63,571 nucleotides of DNA from Candidatus Moraniibacteriota bacterium (GTDB taxonomy: Bacteria; Patescibacteriota; Minisyncoccia; Moranbacterales; UBA1568). The DNA is taken from contig JBPOIA010000001.1 in assembly GCA_052034975.1 (NCBI GenBank), positions 1-63,571 of the forward strand, written 5' to 3'. A program made the position numbers and the translations under genes. Below, piece after piece: positions 17,289 to 25,925 of this stretch. A model generated the notes under the pieces. It saw only the letters and a program-made list of their open reading frames with translations, searched no databases and was not told the DNA's origin. Each line of letters starts with the position of its first letter. The first letter of the stretch is position 1.

Positions 17289-18071
17289 ATGCCGAAGTTT
17301 AACGATATCAAACTGAGTCAGTGGAAACAGCTGGATATTTGGACGGACAGTCTGTGGATTATTTCAGAACGAGACAATTCCGGAAAGCATAGCGGTTTTT
17401 ATCATGGCAATTTTGTTCCACAGATTCCGCGGCAACTCATTTCTCGATATACCAAAAAGGGCGATATAGTGTTTGATCCGTTTTTAGGCAGTGGTACGAC
17501 GGCGTATGAAGCGGAAAATTTGCAAAGACACTGTATCGGTGTTGATATTCAGAAAAAACTCGTGGATTTCGTGAGGAAACGTGTCGATCAAAAAGATTAT
17601 TTTTCTGAGTTGATAACCGGGGATAGTACGAATAGTAAAACCTTTGAAGGAGTAAAGGAGATTTTAAGGATTCACAAAAAGAAAAATATTCAGTTGGCTA
17701 TTCTTCATCCACCATACGCCGATATTATTAAGTTCAGTAATTTAAGAAATGATTTATCAAATACTAGATCGTTGAAAGATTTTTTAGGAAAATTTTCATT
17801 GGTACTGAAAAATACAAAAGAAATTCTTGAAGATGATCGATACATGGTGATTGTTATTGGGGATAAGTATGCTGCCGGAAAGTGGATACCGCTTGGATTT
17901 TATTGTATGTATGAAGCGCAAAAATTAGGACTTACGCTCAAAAGTGTTATTATTAAAAATATGGCCGGCAATAGGGCTAAACAAAACAAAGAAGCCATTT
18001 GGCGTTATCGAGCATTATCGAGTGATTATTATATTTTTAAGCACGAATACATTTTTCTTTTTAAAAAATAG
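17289..18071 (+). CDS. DNA amino-methyltransferase (N6-adenine or N4-cytosine), motif order X-I...IV
   Basis: FVPQIPRQLISRYTKKGDIVFDPFLGSGTT (motif X plus FxGxG) at residues 42-71 and LHPPY at 139-143. The gene is AT-rich. Confidence 0.8.
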   Translation: MPKFNDIKLSQWKQLDIWTDSLWIISERDNSGKHSGFYHGNFVPQIPRQLISRYTKKGDIVFDPFLGSGTTAYEAENLQRHCIGVDIQKKLVDFVRKRVDQKDYFSELITGDSTNSKTFEGVKEILRIHKKKNIQLAILHPPYADIIKFSNLRNDLSNTRSLKDFLGKFSLVLKNTKEILEDDRYMVIVIGDKYAAGKWIPLGFYCMYEAQKLGLTLKSVIIKNMAGNRAKQNKEAIWRYRALSSDYYIFKHEYIFLFKK

Positions 18072-18092
18072 AATTCAAAATAGAGAAAGAAT

Positions 18093-18959
18093 ATGGCGCT
18101 ATTCAGTCTCAATGATGTCAATTTCATAAAACTAAAATCTCTCAAAAAGGAACATTTGATAGATTTTTGTTCACGGTATTCGATTTCGACATCGAATAAT
18201 GTTTTGGAAATGATAAAAAACGTGTTTACGTCTGTAGAGAATAACCAAATTTTAACAAGTCAAATAAACGAGTATATCAAGAAACTTTACTCTGATATTC
18301 GCAAAGATGAAATTGAAAAAACAGGAGCAAATCATTTGTCCATAATAAATGAGCTGAATAAAGTTGATGCGCATATTTGGGGCATGGTGCAGGGGAAGGC
18401 AGATGCTTTTATCCAGTCTCATTATGTAAGAAAATATTTTAAATTTGATGACTTGATTGGTGCAGTTAAGAATTCTCTTCATGGCGCGATGGAAGCGTAT
18501 ACGTTGTGTACATGGTATAACCATTGGAGCACGGTTTTTTTGGAAGATCTTATTTGTCAGAACGCGAGGGTAGTGCCAATCATAAAAAAGACCAAGGGAG
18601 TGGATATTATATGGAATGAACAGCCAGTTGATATTAAGGCGACTAATTTGCCAAAAGAATGGTTTCGTGACAGTTACACAATTGACGATGCGATGAATAA
18701 TCCGATAAAGGCGTGTGAATATCTCTATACGCATCAGGGAGCGGAGCGATTTGGGGATGAAAACAGACTTTTTGTTATTGTACATGATCGAACAAGTCCG
18801 TCTGAAAGTTGGAAGATAAAGAGGGATTACGCGTTTATAAAAAAATCAGTTGATGATTTTTTTAGTCAGGATGTATCACTTGATCCTGTAAATTTTACAT
18901 TCGGAAAACAAAAAACTCCCCACAGGGCACATGCCAAGATGATGTTTGTTGTGAAGTAG
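18093..18959 (+). CDS. putative type II restriction endonuclease (PD-(D/E)xK-like)
   Basis: 288-aa AT-rich ORF sandwiched between two methyltransferase genes, with gaps of 21 and 3 nt. It has a candidate catalytic motif GVD171-x8-D180-I-K182. No family is recognised by eye. Confidence 0.6.
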   Translation: MALFSLNDVNFIKLKSLKKEHLIDFCSRYSISTSNNVLEMIKNVFTSVENNQILTSQINEYIKKLYSDIRKDEIEKTGANHLSIINELNKVDAHIWGMVQGKADAFIQSHYVRKYFKFDDLIGAVKNSLHGAMEAYTLCTWYNHWSTVFLEDLICQNARVVPIIKKTKGVDIIWNEQPVDIKATNLPKEWFRDSYTIDDAMNNPIKACEYLYTHQGAERFGDENRLFVIVHDRTSPSESWKIKRDYAFIKKSVDDFFSQDVSLDPVNFTFGKQKTPHRAHAKMMFVVK

Positions 18960-18962
18960 TGT

Positions 18963-20030
18963 ATGAATTATATCGGTAGTAAAATGTCGTTACTGGATTT
19001 TTTGGAGACGTCGATCGGTATTGTAACCGGGAATTGTCGTGGTGTTTTTTGTGATTTGTTTGCCGGAACGGGTGCTGTAGGGAGTCATTTCAAGAAAAAA
19101 GGATACAAGATTATTGCGAATGATAATCAGTATTACAGTTATGTGTTAAATAGACATTACATCGGCAATCATAAAGAACTGACTTTTTCAAGATTAGGTA
19201 AGGAAATTTCTGCTTTAAAAAATATAAAAAAAGAGAATCGAAAAGAAGCTGTTTGCAAATATTTATCAACTTTAAAAGGCACACGAGGTTTTATTTACAA
19301 CAATTATTGCTTTGGCGGAACGAAAAATAAAAAAGAATCGAGGCAATACTTCTCTGATGAGAATGGAATGCGTTGCGATGCCGTAAGACAAAAGATCGAA
19401 ATATGGAAAAGAAAGCGATTCATTACAATGAATGAATATTATTTTTTGGTAGCCAGTCTTCTTGAATCGATTGATAAATATGCCAATACAGCATCGGTAT
19501 ACGGTGCATTTTTAAAGAAACTGAAATCATCGGCGACACGTCCGTTTGTTTTACAGCCAGCTAAGCTTATTATAAATGATCAAAACCACAATGTTTTTAA
19601 TAAAGATATCAATGTGTTGATTGAAAAAATATCTGGGGATATTTTGTATCTTGATCCGCCGTACAACCAACGTCAGTATGCAACAAACTATCACTTGTTA
19701 GAAACGATTGCGAAATACGATCACCCAAAAGTTTTTGGTAAGACGGGTTTGCGCGAATATGTTGCGCAGAAATCGAAGTTTTGTTCTCGAAAAGAAGTGA
19801 AGACTGCATTTCGAGATATTATATCCAAAGCAAAAACAAAATACATATTTTTGAGTTACAACAATGAAGGTTTGATGACACCGAATGATATTAAAGAGAT
19901 TATGAGCATCCGAGGAAAGTATGGATATTTTACAAAAAGTCACACTCGTTTTAAGGCTGATGCGTCATCAAAAAGAAATTATAGAGCAGAAAAAACGGTG
20001 GAATATCTCCACTACGTGATTTGTGTGTAA
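18963..20030 (+). CDS. D12-class (Dam/FokI-N-domain-like, alpha) N6-adenine DNA methyltransferase
   Basis: MNYIGSKMSLLDFL, FCDLFAGTGAVG (motif I), ANDNQYYSY, and ILYLDPPYNQRQYATNYHLLETI (motif IV, DPPY at 231-234). Confidence 0.88.
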   Translation: MNYIGSKMSLLDFLETSIGIVTGNCRGVFCDLFAGTGAVGSHFKKKGYKIIANDNQYYSYVLNRHYIGNHKELTFSRLGKEISALKNIKKENRKEAVCKYLSTLKGTRGFIYNNYCFGGTKNKKESRQYFSDENGMRCDAVRQKIEIWKRKRFITMNEYYFLVASLLESIDKYANTASVYGAFLKKLKSSATRPFVLQPAKLIINDQNHNVFNKDINVLIEKISGDILYLDPPYNQRQYATNYHLLETIAKYDHPKVFGKTGLREYVAQKSKFCSRKEVKTAFRDIISKAKTKYIFLSYNNEGLMTPNDIKEIMSIRGKYGYFTKSHTRFKADASSKRNYRAEKTVEYLHYVICV

Positions 20031-20110
20031 AATTTGGTAATGTATTTGTTTTTATCAAAACAGAAATTTATGAATGAACCAGTGGAATATTTCAAGTGAT
20101 ATCTCGGGTT

Positions 20111-20440
20111 ATGTCCACCAAGGTGTCGACTATCGAATATATCGAGGATCAGTTGGCGGAGGTGCCGGGTGTGCGGTCGCGCAAGATGTTCGGTGAGTAC
20201 GCGCTCTATGTCGGCGACAAGGTGGTGGCGCTCGTTTGCGACGATACGCTCTATGTGAAGATTACTGAACCGGGAAAGGCGTTCGTCGGAGACCGATACA
20301 AGGAGGGGAACGCTTATCCGGGAGCGAAGCCGTCGATGGTGATCGACGAGGATATGCTCGAAGACCGCGGATGGCTCTCGGAATTGATCCGTCTTACCGA
20401 GGCCGCGCTTCCTGTGCCGAAACCGAAGAAAAGAAGATAA
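20111..20440 (+). CDS. TfoX N-terminal domain protein
   Basis: VSTIEYIEDQLAEVPGVRSRKMFGEYALYVGDKVVALVCDDTLYVK matches the TfoX_N pattern (MFGG.GLY..G..FA...DD.LYLK). The ATG at 20111 is preferred over the GTG at 20096. Confidence 0.75.
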   Translation: MSTKVSTIEYIEDQLAEVPGVRSRKMFGEYALYVGDKVVALVCDDTLYVKITEPGKAFVGDRYKEGNAYPGAKPSMVIDEDMLEDRGWLSELIRLTEAALPVPKPKKRR

Positions 20441-20449
20441 CAAGATGAA

Positions 20450-21019
20450 ATGAAAAAGGAAATTGCTTTGCAAGAGAAGAAGGTGGAATATACGCTGCGG
20501 CGGAGCGGCCAGACGCGAGTGATGCGACTTGCGGTGTATTGCGACGGATCGGTAGTCGTGACGGCGCCGGTGGGGTGGCAGGAGATGTTTATCGAGCGAT
20601 TCCTAAGAGACAAAGCGGCATGGCTTCTCTCCAAACTCGAGCTTTTCGAGCGTTTCGGTTTTCGCCAATACCGGACCAAGCGGCAGGAGCAGCGGGAATA
20701 TCTGAAGCATCGCGACACGGCGCGCACATTAGTCGGAGAGCGATTGACATATTTCAATACGGCGTACGGTTTCGCAGTCGGCAGGATCAGCATCCGCAAC
20801 CAAAAGACGCGCTGGGGAAGCTGTTCGCGTCGCGGTAACCTGAGTTTCAACTACCGCATCGCGCTTCTCCCCGGGCGGCTGCGCGACTATATCGTCGTTC
20901 ACGAACTCTGCCATCTCGGGGAATTCAGTCATTCGCACGAGTTTTGGCGGCTCGTCGAACGGACGATGCCGGATCATCGGGAAATCCGGCGAGAATTAAG
21001 AAACGTCAAATTCTTATGA
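20450..21019 (+). CDS. YgjP-like metallopeptidase-fold protein (DUF45 / M48-like)
   Basis: TRWGSCSRRGNLSFNYRIALLPGRLRDYIVVHELCHLGEFSHSHEFWRLV. Confidence 0.85.
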   Translation: MKKEIALQEKKVEYTLRRSGQTRVMRLAVYCDGSVVVTAPVGWQEMFIERFLRDKAAWLLSKLELFERFGFRQYRTKRQEQREYLKHRDTARTLVGERLTYFNTAYGFAVGRISIRNQKTRWGSCSRRGNLSFNYRIALLPGRLRDYIVVHELCHLGEFSHSHEFWRLVERTMPDHREIRRELRNVKFL

Positions 21020-21651
21020 TTATGCAAAACAGATTTTTACTCGGACTCCTCTTCGGATATATGGTATTGTTTACGACGCTCGCGTTCAATCCGATCGATC
21101 GCGCGACGTGGTTTGTGGAGAATCTCACCGTGTGGATCATCATTGCGGTCATTCTTTTACTGTACCGTTTGGGTGTACGGTTCTCGAACACGGCCTACGC
21201 ACTTCTGTTCGTACTCGTTTATCTTCATACGATCGGCGGGCATTTTACGTTCGCTTTGGTACCGTTCGATCTCGTGACGGACTTCTTCGGCTTTGAGCGC
21301 AATCATTACGATCGCATCGCGCATTTCTCCGTCGGATTCTATGCGTTCGCGGTGGCGGAATGGTTGTGGGCGCGGCGGTTGGTGGCAAATCGACTCCTTC
21401 TTTTCACGTATCCCGTTTTTGCTATTGCGGCCGTCGCGATGGGGTACGAACTTGTCGAATGGATCTTTGCTGTTTGTGCGGCGCCCGAAGCTGGTGCGGC
21501 GTATCTCGGCAGCCAGGGTGATATCTGGGATGCGCAGAAGGATATGCTGGCCGACACGTTGGGCGCGCTCGTCGCGACGGGAGCCTTTTTCCTGTCGAGG
21601 AGACCGAATTTCAAAGAAGACGGTTCCGGATCGGCTGTTCGCGAGAGGTAG
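21016..21651 (+). CDS. multi-TM membrane protein, DUF2238 (YjdF)-like
   Basis: ATGA overlap with the upstream stop. About 6 TM segments. HYDRIAHFSVGFYAFAVAEW and MGYELVEW patterns. Confidence 0.5.
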   Translation: MIMQNRFLLGLLFGYMVLFTTLAFNPIDRATWFVENLTVWIIIAVILLLYRLGVRFSNTAYALLFVLVYLHTIGGHFTFALVPFDLVTDFFGFERNHYDRIAHFSVGFYAFAVAEWLWARRLVANRLLLFTYPVFAIAAVAMGYELVEWIFAVCAAPEAGAAYLGSQGDIWDAQKDMLADTLGALVATGAFFLSRRPNFKEDGSGSAVRER

Positions 21652-21685
21652 GGTATAATAGAGGTATCGGAATAAGAGCAATTGT

Positions 21686-22072
21686 ATGGAACGATTTTCT
21701 ATTGAGAAGGAGCTTGAAAAAACCCGGGAACATCTCAAACGTATCGAGACCGGAACGAAGGCTTCCGATATGGATGAGGTGGGCAAGGAGCGCTACGCGC
21801 ACGAGATCGCCGAGACGCTTGACCTTGGGCCCAACTGGCCGGCCGAGACGCGCGGTGTGGACGACGTGCGCAAATCGCGGATGGGCGATATCTCGCTCAT
21901 CGTTGATTATATGACGCGCGGCGTTATTCCGTGCGAGGAAAAAACGCTCCGGCAGCTCTTAGTCGAGATCGATACGCTCCGTTCGATCGAGAATACCGAA
22001 GACGCGATGCTGCTCAAAGATATCGTGGAAGATTTTCTGAAACGGCTTCCGGAAAAGAAAACGGACATATGA
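21686..22072 (+). CDS. hypothetical protein (128 aa)
   Basis: ATG-initiated ORF with no domain recognised. Its stop overlaps the next start (ATGA). Confidence 0.5.
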   Translation: MERFSIEKELEKTREHLKRIETGTKASDMDEVGKERYAHEIAETLDLGPNWPAETRGVDDVRKSRMGDISLIVDYMTRGVIPCEEKTLRQLLVEIDTLRSIENTEDAMLLKDIVEDFLKRLPEKKTDI

Positions 22073-22458
22073 AATCACTCTCGTCGTTCATCAAGAAATC
22101 CGGGCGACTGTTCGACATTTGGTCGGTGCCGCATTTTTTGTTCGGCATCGTGGTAGCGATGGTTGCGATCGTGTTTTCGCTGCCGTTCTCAGAGACGCTC
22201 GCCGCGCTTCTTCTCATCGCCTTTTTATGGGAATGCTTCGAGATGTGGCTCCGTATCTCGGAGTATTTCTGGAATATGTTGACGGATGTCCTTCTTCCGG
22301 TTCTCGCATATCTCATCGTCTTTCCAGTCATTGAGCAGACAGGCATCGATCACGAGCACCGGGTCGCGCTCCTCGTCATCTCGCTTCTGGTATACATATC
22401 CACGAACGCGTTCGCGTGGCGCGCGCGATTCTCCGGCGATCAGGATTTTTATAATTGA
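22069..22458 (+). CDS. hypothetical membrane protein (129 aa)
   Basis: ATGA-coupled to the upstream ORF. Three or four hydrophobic helices. Confidence 0.55.
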   Translation: MKSLSSFIKKSGRLFDIWSVPHFLFGIVVAMVAIVFSLPFSETLAALLLIAFLWECFEMWLRISEYFWNMLTDVLLPVLAYLIVFPVIEQTGIDHEHRVALLVISLLVYISTNAFAWRARFSGDQDFYN

Positions 22459-22713
22459 GACATACAAAAAGCCCTCAATGCGAGCAGGTGGTTCTGGGTC
22501 CCGGGATAATAGTGTCGGAAAAATATTTTTCCCTGTAATCCAAGTGGGTCCCAATCGGCCGCCGAGAAGGCGGTTCGCCTGCTGTTCTGAAGGCTTTCAT
22601 TGGAAGCATAGCATAGAACGTTTTTCTGTGCGAACGAGGCTTGTGCTAGCCATTTTTTAGATGAAAATGTTCCTTATGCGTCACGATAAAAAAGACGAAT
22701 AAAAAGAAGGCGT

Positions 22714-23100
22714 ATGAACGATGAAATATGGAAAAAGAAAAAAGTTTGTGTCATCGACGATGACGATCATATCCGCGAAATCTATATCGTGAAGCTCAAT
22801 CACGAGGGATTCGACGTGATGGCCGCGCAAAACGGCGAAGAAGGGCTCCGCGTCATTCGTGAACATCTGCCGGACATTATCCTTCTCGATCTGCAGATGC
22901 CGGTGAAAGATGGAATAGAAGTGCTCGCCGAACTCAGGAATGACGATACGCTTCGCCATATCCCGGTCATTGTGATGAGCAATATCGATAACGAGGATGC
23001 GTTTCGCGCGGTCGGAAAGTTCGATACGCGCTTCTATCTCATCAAGTCGCTCGTGACGCCGCAGAAAGTGGTCGATCACGTGCGGGAAGTCTTGCACTGA
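22714..23100 (+). CDS. stand-alone response-regulator receiver domain protein (CheY-like)
   Basis: VCVIDDDDHIREI..., ILLDLQMPVKDG (phospho-acceptor Asp) and PVIVMSN. At 128 aa there is no output domain. Confidence 0.88.
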   Translation: MNDEIWKKKKVCVIDDDDHIREIYIVKLNHEGFDVMAAQNGEEGLRVIREHLPDIILLDLQMPVKDGIEVLAELRNDDTLRHIPVIVMSNIDNEDAFRAVGKFDTRFYLIKSLVTPQKVVDHVREVLH

Positions 23101-23229
23101 GGACGGCGCTTTTCGTAGCGGTCGGGAACTTGCCATTTTTCCAGCCAGGGGGTATAAGAAGAACGGGAGGAACCGCTATCGCGGTTCTTTTGTAGTTTCT
23201 TTTACAATCCGAAGACAAGGAGAAGCATC

Positions 23230-24738
23230 GTGAAAAAGCAGCTAGTGAAGAAACCCGCCGGAAAAAACGTCCGTCAGCAGCGGAAGGCGGCTCCATCGAA
23301 GCTTGTCCGGAAAATGATGGAGCAGATGAAGCCGAAGCTCTTCGTCCTCGACACCAACGTGCTTATGCACGATCCGACGAGCCTCTTCCGGTTCGAGGAG
23401 AACGACGTTTTCATTCCGATGATGACGCTCGAAGAACTCGACAATCACAAGAAGGGCCAGTCGGAAGTGTCGCGAAACGCGCGCCAGGCGAGTCGGACGC
23501 TCGATTCCGTTGTCGGCGAAGCCGAGCATCATATCGGTGACGGTATCTTGCTCAAAGATTCTTCTGACAATTTGGCGACGGGCAGCCTGTTCTTTCAGAC
23601 CGATGCCATCAACGGGTCGTTGCCGGCGACACTTCCTGCCGGGAAGGCCGACAACCAGATCATCGGTGTGGTGATGCATCTGCGCGAAAAGTATCCTGAC
23701 CGCCGGGTCGTTTTGGTGAGCAAGGACATCAATATGCGCATCAAGGCACGGGCGCTCGGCCTTATCGCGCAGGATTACCAGAACGACAAGGTGCTCGAAG
23801 ATACCGATCTCCTGTACACTGGAACGCGCGAACTGCCGCAGGATTTTTGGACGACGCACGGCAAGGATATGGAATCGTGGAAGGAGGATGGGCATACGCT
23901 CTATCGTATCCGCGGTCCACTCTGTCCAGGACTTCTCGTCAATGAGTTCGTGTGGCAAGATGGCAGCCGGCCGTTCCAGGCAATCGTGCAGGAATGTGTC
24001 GGACGGACGGCAACGCTCCGAGTGCTTCGGGACTACAGCCATAACAAGAACGGCATCTGGGGCATTACGGCACGCAACCGCGAGCAGAACTTTGCCCTCA
24101 ACCTGCTGATGAATCCCGATATCGACTTCGTGTCGCTGTCGGGACAGGCCGGAACGGGAAAGACGTTGCTCACGCTCGCGGCCGGCCTCGTGCAGACGAT
24201 GGAGCAGGGCCGGTACACAGAAATCATCTTCACTCGTGTTACCGTACCCATCGGCGAAGATATCGGTTTTCTGCCGGGAACAGAAGAAGAAAAGATGATT
24301 CCGTGGATGGGTGCGCTCGAAGATAATCTCGACGTGCTGAATGGCGGCGCAGCTCAAACGAAGCACGATGACGTGAAATCGAGCATCAACGATGGATGGG
24401 GGAAGGCTGCGACGCGCGACTTGATGCGTTCGCGGCTGAAAGTGAAGTCGCTCAACTTTATGCGCGGCCGCACGTTCATCAAGAAATACCTCATCATCGA
24501 CGAAGCGCAGAACCTGACGCCGAAACAGATGAAGACGCTCATCACACGCGCCGGTCCCGGCACAAAAGTCGTCTGCCTCGGCAATATCGCGCAGATCGAC
24601 ACGCCCTACCTGACCGAAGGGTCATCGGGATTGTCGTATGTGGTGGACCGTTTCAAGGGTTGGCGGCACGGCGGTCACGTGACGCTCTTACGCGGCGAAC
24701 GTTCGCGGCTCGCCGATCACGCAGCCGAAATGCTCTGA
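23230..24738 (+). CDS. PIN domain-PhoH-like ATPase fusion (PhoH2/YlaK-like)
   Basis: GTG start after the aaggag RBS. N-terminal PIN (LFVLDTNVLMHDP...IPMMTLEELD) and a C-terminal PhoH P-loop (LSGQAGTGKTLLTLAAG, LIIDEAQNL). Confidence 0.9.
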   Translation: MKKQLVKKPAGKNVRQQRKAAPSKLVRKMMEQMKPKLFVLDTNVLMHDPTSLFRFEENDVFIPMMTLEELDNHKKGQSEVSRNARQASRTLDSVVGEAEHHIGDGILLKDSSDNLATGSLFFQTDAINGSLPATLPAGKADNQIIGVVMHLREKYPDRRVVLVSKDINMRIKARALGLIAQDYQNDKVLEDTDLLYTGTRELPQDFWTTHGKDMESWKEDGHTLYRIRGPLCPGLLVNEFVWQDGSRPFQAIVQECVGRTATLRVLRDYSHNKNGIWGITARNREQNFALNLLMNPDIDFVSLSGQAGTGKTLLTLAAGLVQTMEQGRYTEIIFTRVTVPIGEDIGFLPGTEEEKMIPWMGALEDNLDVLNGGAAQTKHDDVKSSINDGWGKAATRDLMRSRLKVKSLNFMRGRTFIKKYLIIDEAQNLTPKQMKTLITRAGPGTKVVCLGNIAQIDTPYLTEGSSGLSYVVDRFKGWRHGGHVTLLRGERSRLADHAAEML

Positions 24739-24754
24739 TCCTTGTTCTTCTTTC

Positions 24755-24788
24755 GATCCCACCGGAACCTCCGATGGGATCTTTTTTT
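24755..24788 (+). terminator. intrinsic terminator after phoH2
   Basis: gatccca...tgggatc stem (24755-24781) followed by ttttttt. Confidence 0.65.
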
Positions 24789-24800
24789 GTCCGTATCAGT

Positions 24801-24829
24801 TTGACGGAAGGCCGTTCTTATGGTATGGT
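24801..24829 (+). promoter_or_regulatory. sigma70-like promoter of a two-gene operon
   Basis: TTGACG (24801-24806), 17-nt spacer, TATGGT (24824-24829). Confidence 0.45.
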
Positions 24830-24872
24830 TTTATGTCGTTTCTTTAACAACCGGAGAAAGAGAGGGAAAGTC

Positions 24873-25376
24873 ATGGAAACGCTCATTACGGAAAAAGTGC
24901 GGCAAGTGCTTCGGCATCTTGGACCGGACGACGACGATCGCCGGCTGGCCATCGTTCTTCCTGACGTGCCGCCGGATATTCATTATCCCCAAAAAGACAA
25001 GGCACTTCGAACGCTCGTGGCATCGCGTATCCGCGCGATGTTCGAGGAAGAAGAGGTCAGTCTCGCGGTACGGAAGATTTTCTCGTACGCTAAGCATCCG
25101 CTTCTTGCCGGACAGACGGAAGAGAAGGGGAAACTGAAAAAGTACGGCATTTCCGAGCACGGTCCGCAGGAAAGCGCGTATTGGAAGCATCCACACCACC
25201 AGGCCCGATGGATGTTTCGTTCGGTGCGGGTCATTAGTCCGGAGGAGCTCCTGGTCCATACCGCGCATCCGCAGGAGTTTTACGATAACCTGTTGCGGTT
25301 TCTCGACACGTTCGCATCCAAGATTTTGGAAGGGAAATCCGAGAGTGTCGATCGGCGACCGAGGAGAGGAAGATGA
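24873..25376 (+). CDS. hypothetical protein (167 aa)
   Basis: ATG preceded by a purine-rich RBS (gagaaagagagggaaag). No domain recognised. The N-terminal extension in the track ORF overlaps phoH2. Confidence 0.55.
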   Translation: METLITEKVRQVLRHLGPDDDDRRLAIVLPDVPPDIHYPQKDKALRTLVASRIRAMFEEEEVSLAVRKIFSYAKHPLLAGQTEEKGKLKKYGISEHGPQESAYWKHPHHQARWMFRSVRVISPEELLVHTAHPQEFYDNLLRFLDTFASKILEGKSESVDRRPRRGR

Positions 25377-25771
25377 GTGGCCGTTTCTCGGGGAAGGTCG
25401 TTCCGCTGTTCGGAAAAATAAACGCCGTCGCGCCACCGCGTACCAATTCACTCTACGAATTCTTCGTCGCGGCGCACACACCGCAGGCGGACGAATTCCT
25501 CAGGGAGCGCTTCTCGATCCGCCTACGGACCGAGTTGTATGACAACCACGGCGTTTTGCGCAAGGTGTGGCCGATCGCGTTCGAAACGCTCGTCCGGCTG
25601 CACGAGATCGAGCAGGGGAACAAGGCGTTCGGATTCAATTTCTATCAGCGATTGGCAGGTTTGGGACGGACACTTGCGCGACATATCTTTTCCGATCAGA
25701 TGGCTTCACCGCTTCCGGATCATCGAGGCGATCGAGGCAGAAATGGAAAAAAACAGAAGCCAAAGAAATGA
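25373..25771 (+). CDS. hypothetical protein (132 aa), basic C-terminus
   Basis: ATGA overlap with the upstream ORF. No domain recognised. Confidence 0.5.
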   Translation: MSGRFSGKVVPLFGKINAVAPPRTNSLYEFFVAAHTPQADEFLRERFSIRLRTELYDNHGVLRKVWPIAFETLVRLHEIEQGNKAFGFNFYQRLAGLGRTLARHIFSDQMASPLPDHRGDRGRNGKKQKPKK

Positions 25772-25789
25772 TACCCGCCGACATTCAGA

Positions 25790-25822
25790 GGAGAGACATC
25801 GATCGTCTCTCCTTTTCTTTTT
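25790..25822 (+). terminator. intrinsic terminator
   Basis: ggagagac / gtctctcc stem (25790-25812) followed by ttttcttttt. Confidence 0.65.
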
Positions 25823-25826
25823 GCAG

Positions 25827-25863
25827 AAAAAAAGCGCCAGCGCGTAAAGAGGTACGCTGGCGC
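25827..25863 (-). terminator. intrinsic terminator of the convergent minus-strand gene
   Basis: gcgccagcg / cgctggcgc stem (25834-25863). The A-run at 25827-25833 is the T-run on the minus strand. Confidence 0.6.
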
Positions 25864-25925
25864 AAAGGTCCGGCTCCGTAGGGAGGTGAGCCCGCAGGGG
25901 ACGCGGGCGGGAGCCGGAAATCTGT

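Noticed and set aside
22470-22660. Identification as SRP (4.5S) RNA, RNase P RNA or tmRNA
   Set aside because: None of the diagnostic cores could be found on either strand: the SRP GGAA-tetraloop/AGCAGC motif, the RNase P GAGGAAAGTCC, or the tmRNA tRNA-like end. I kept it only as an unclassified structured candidate.
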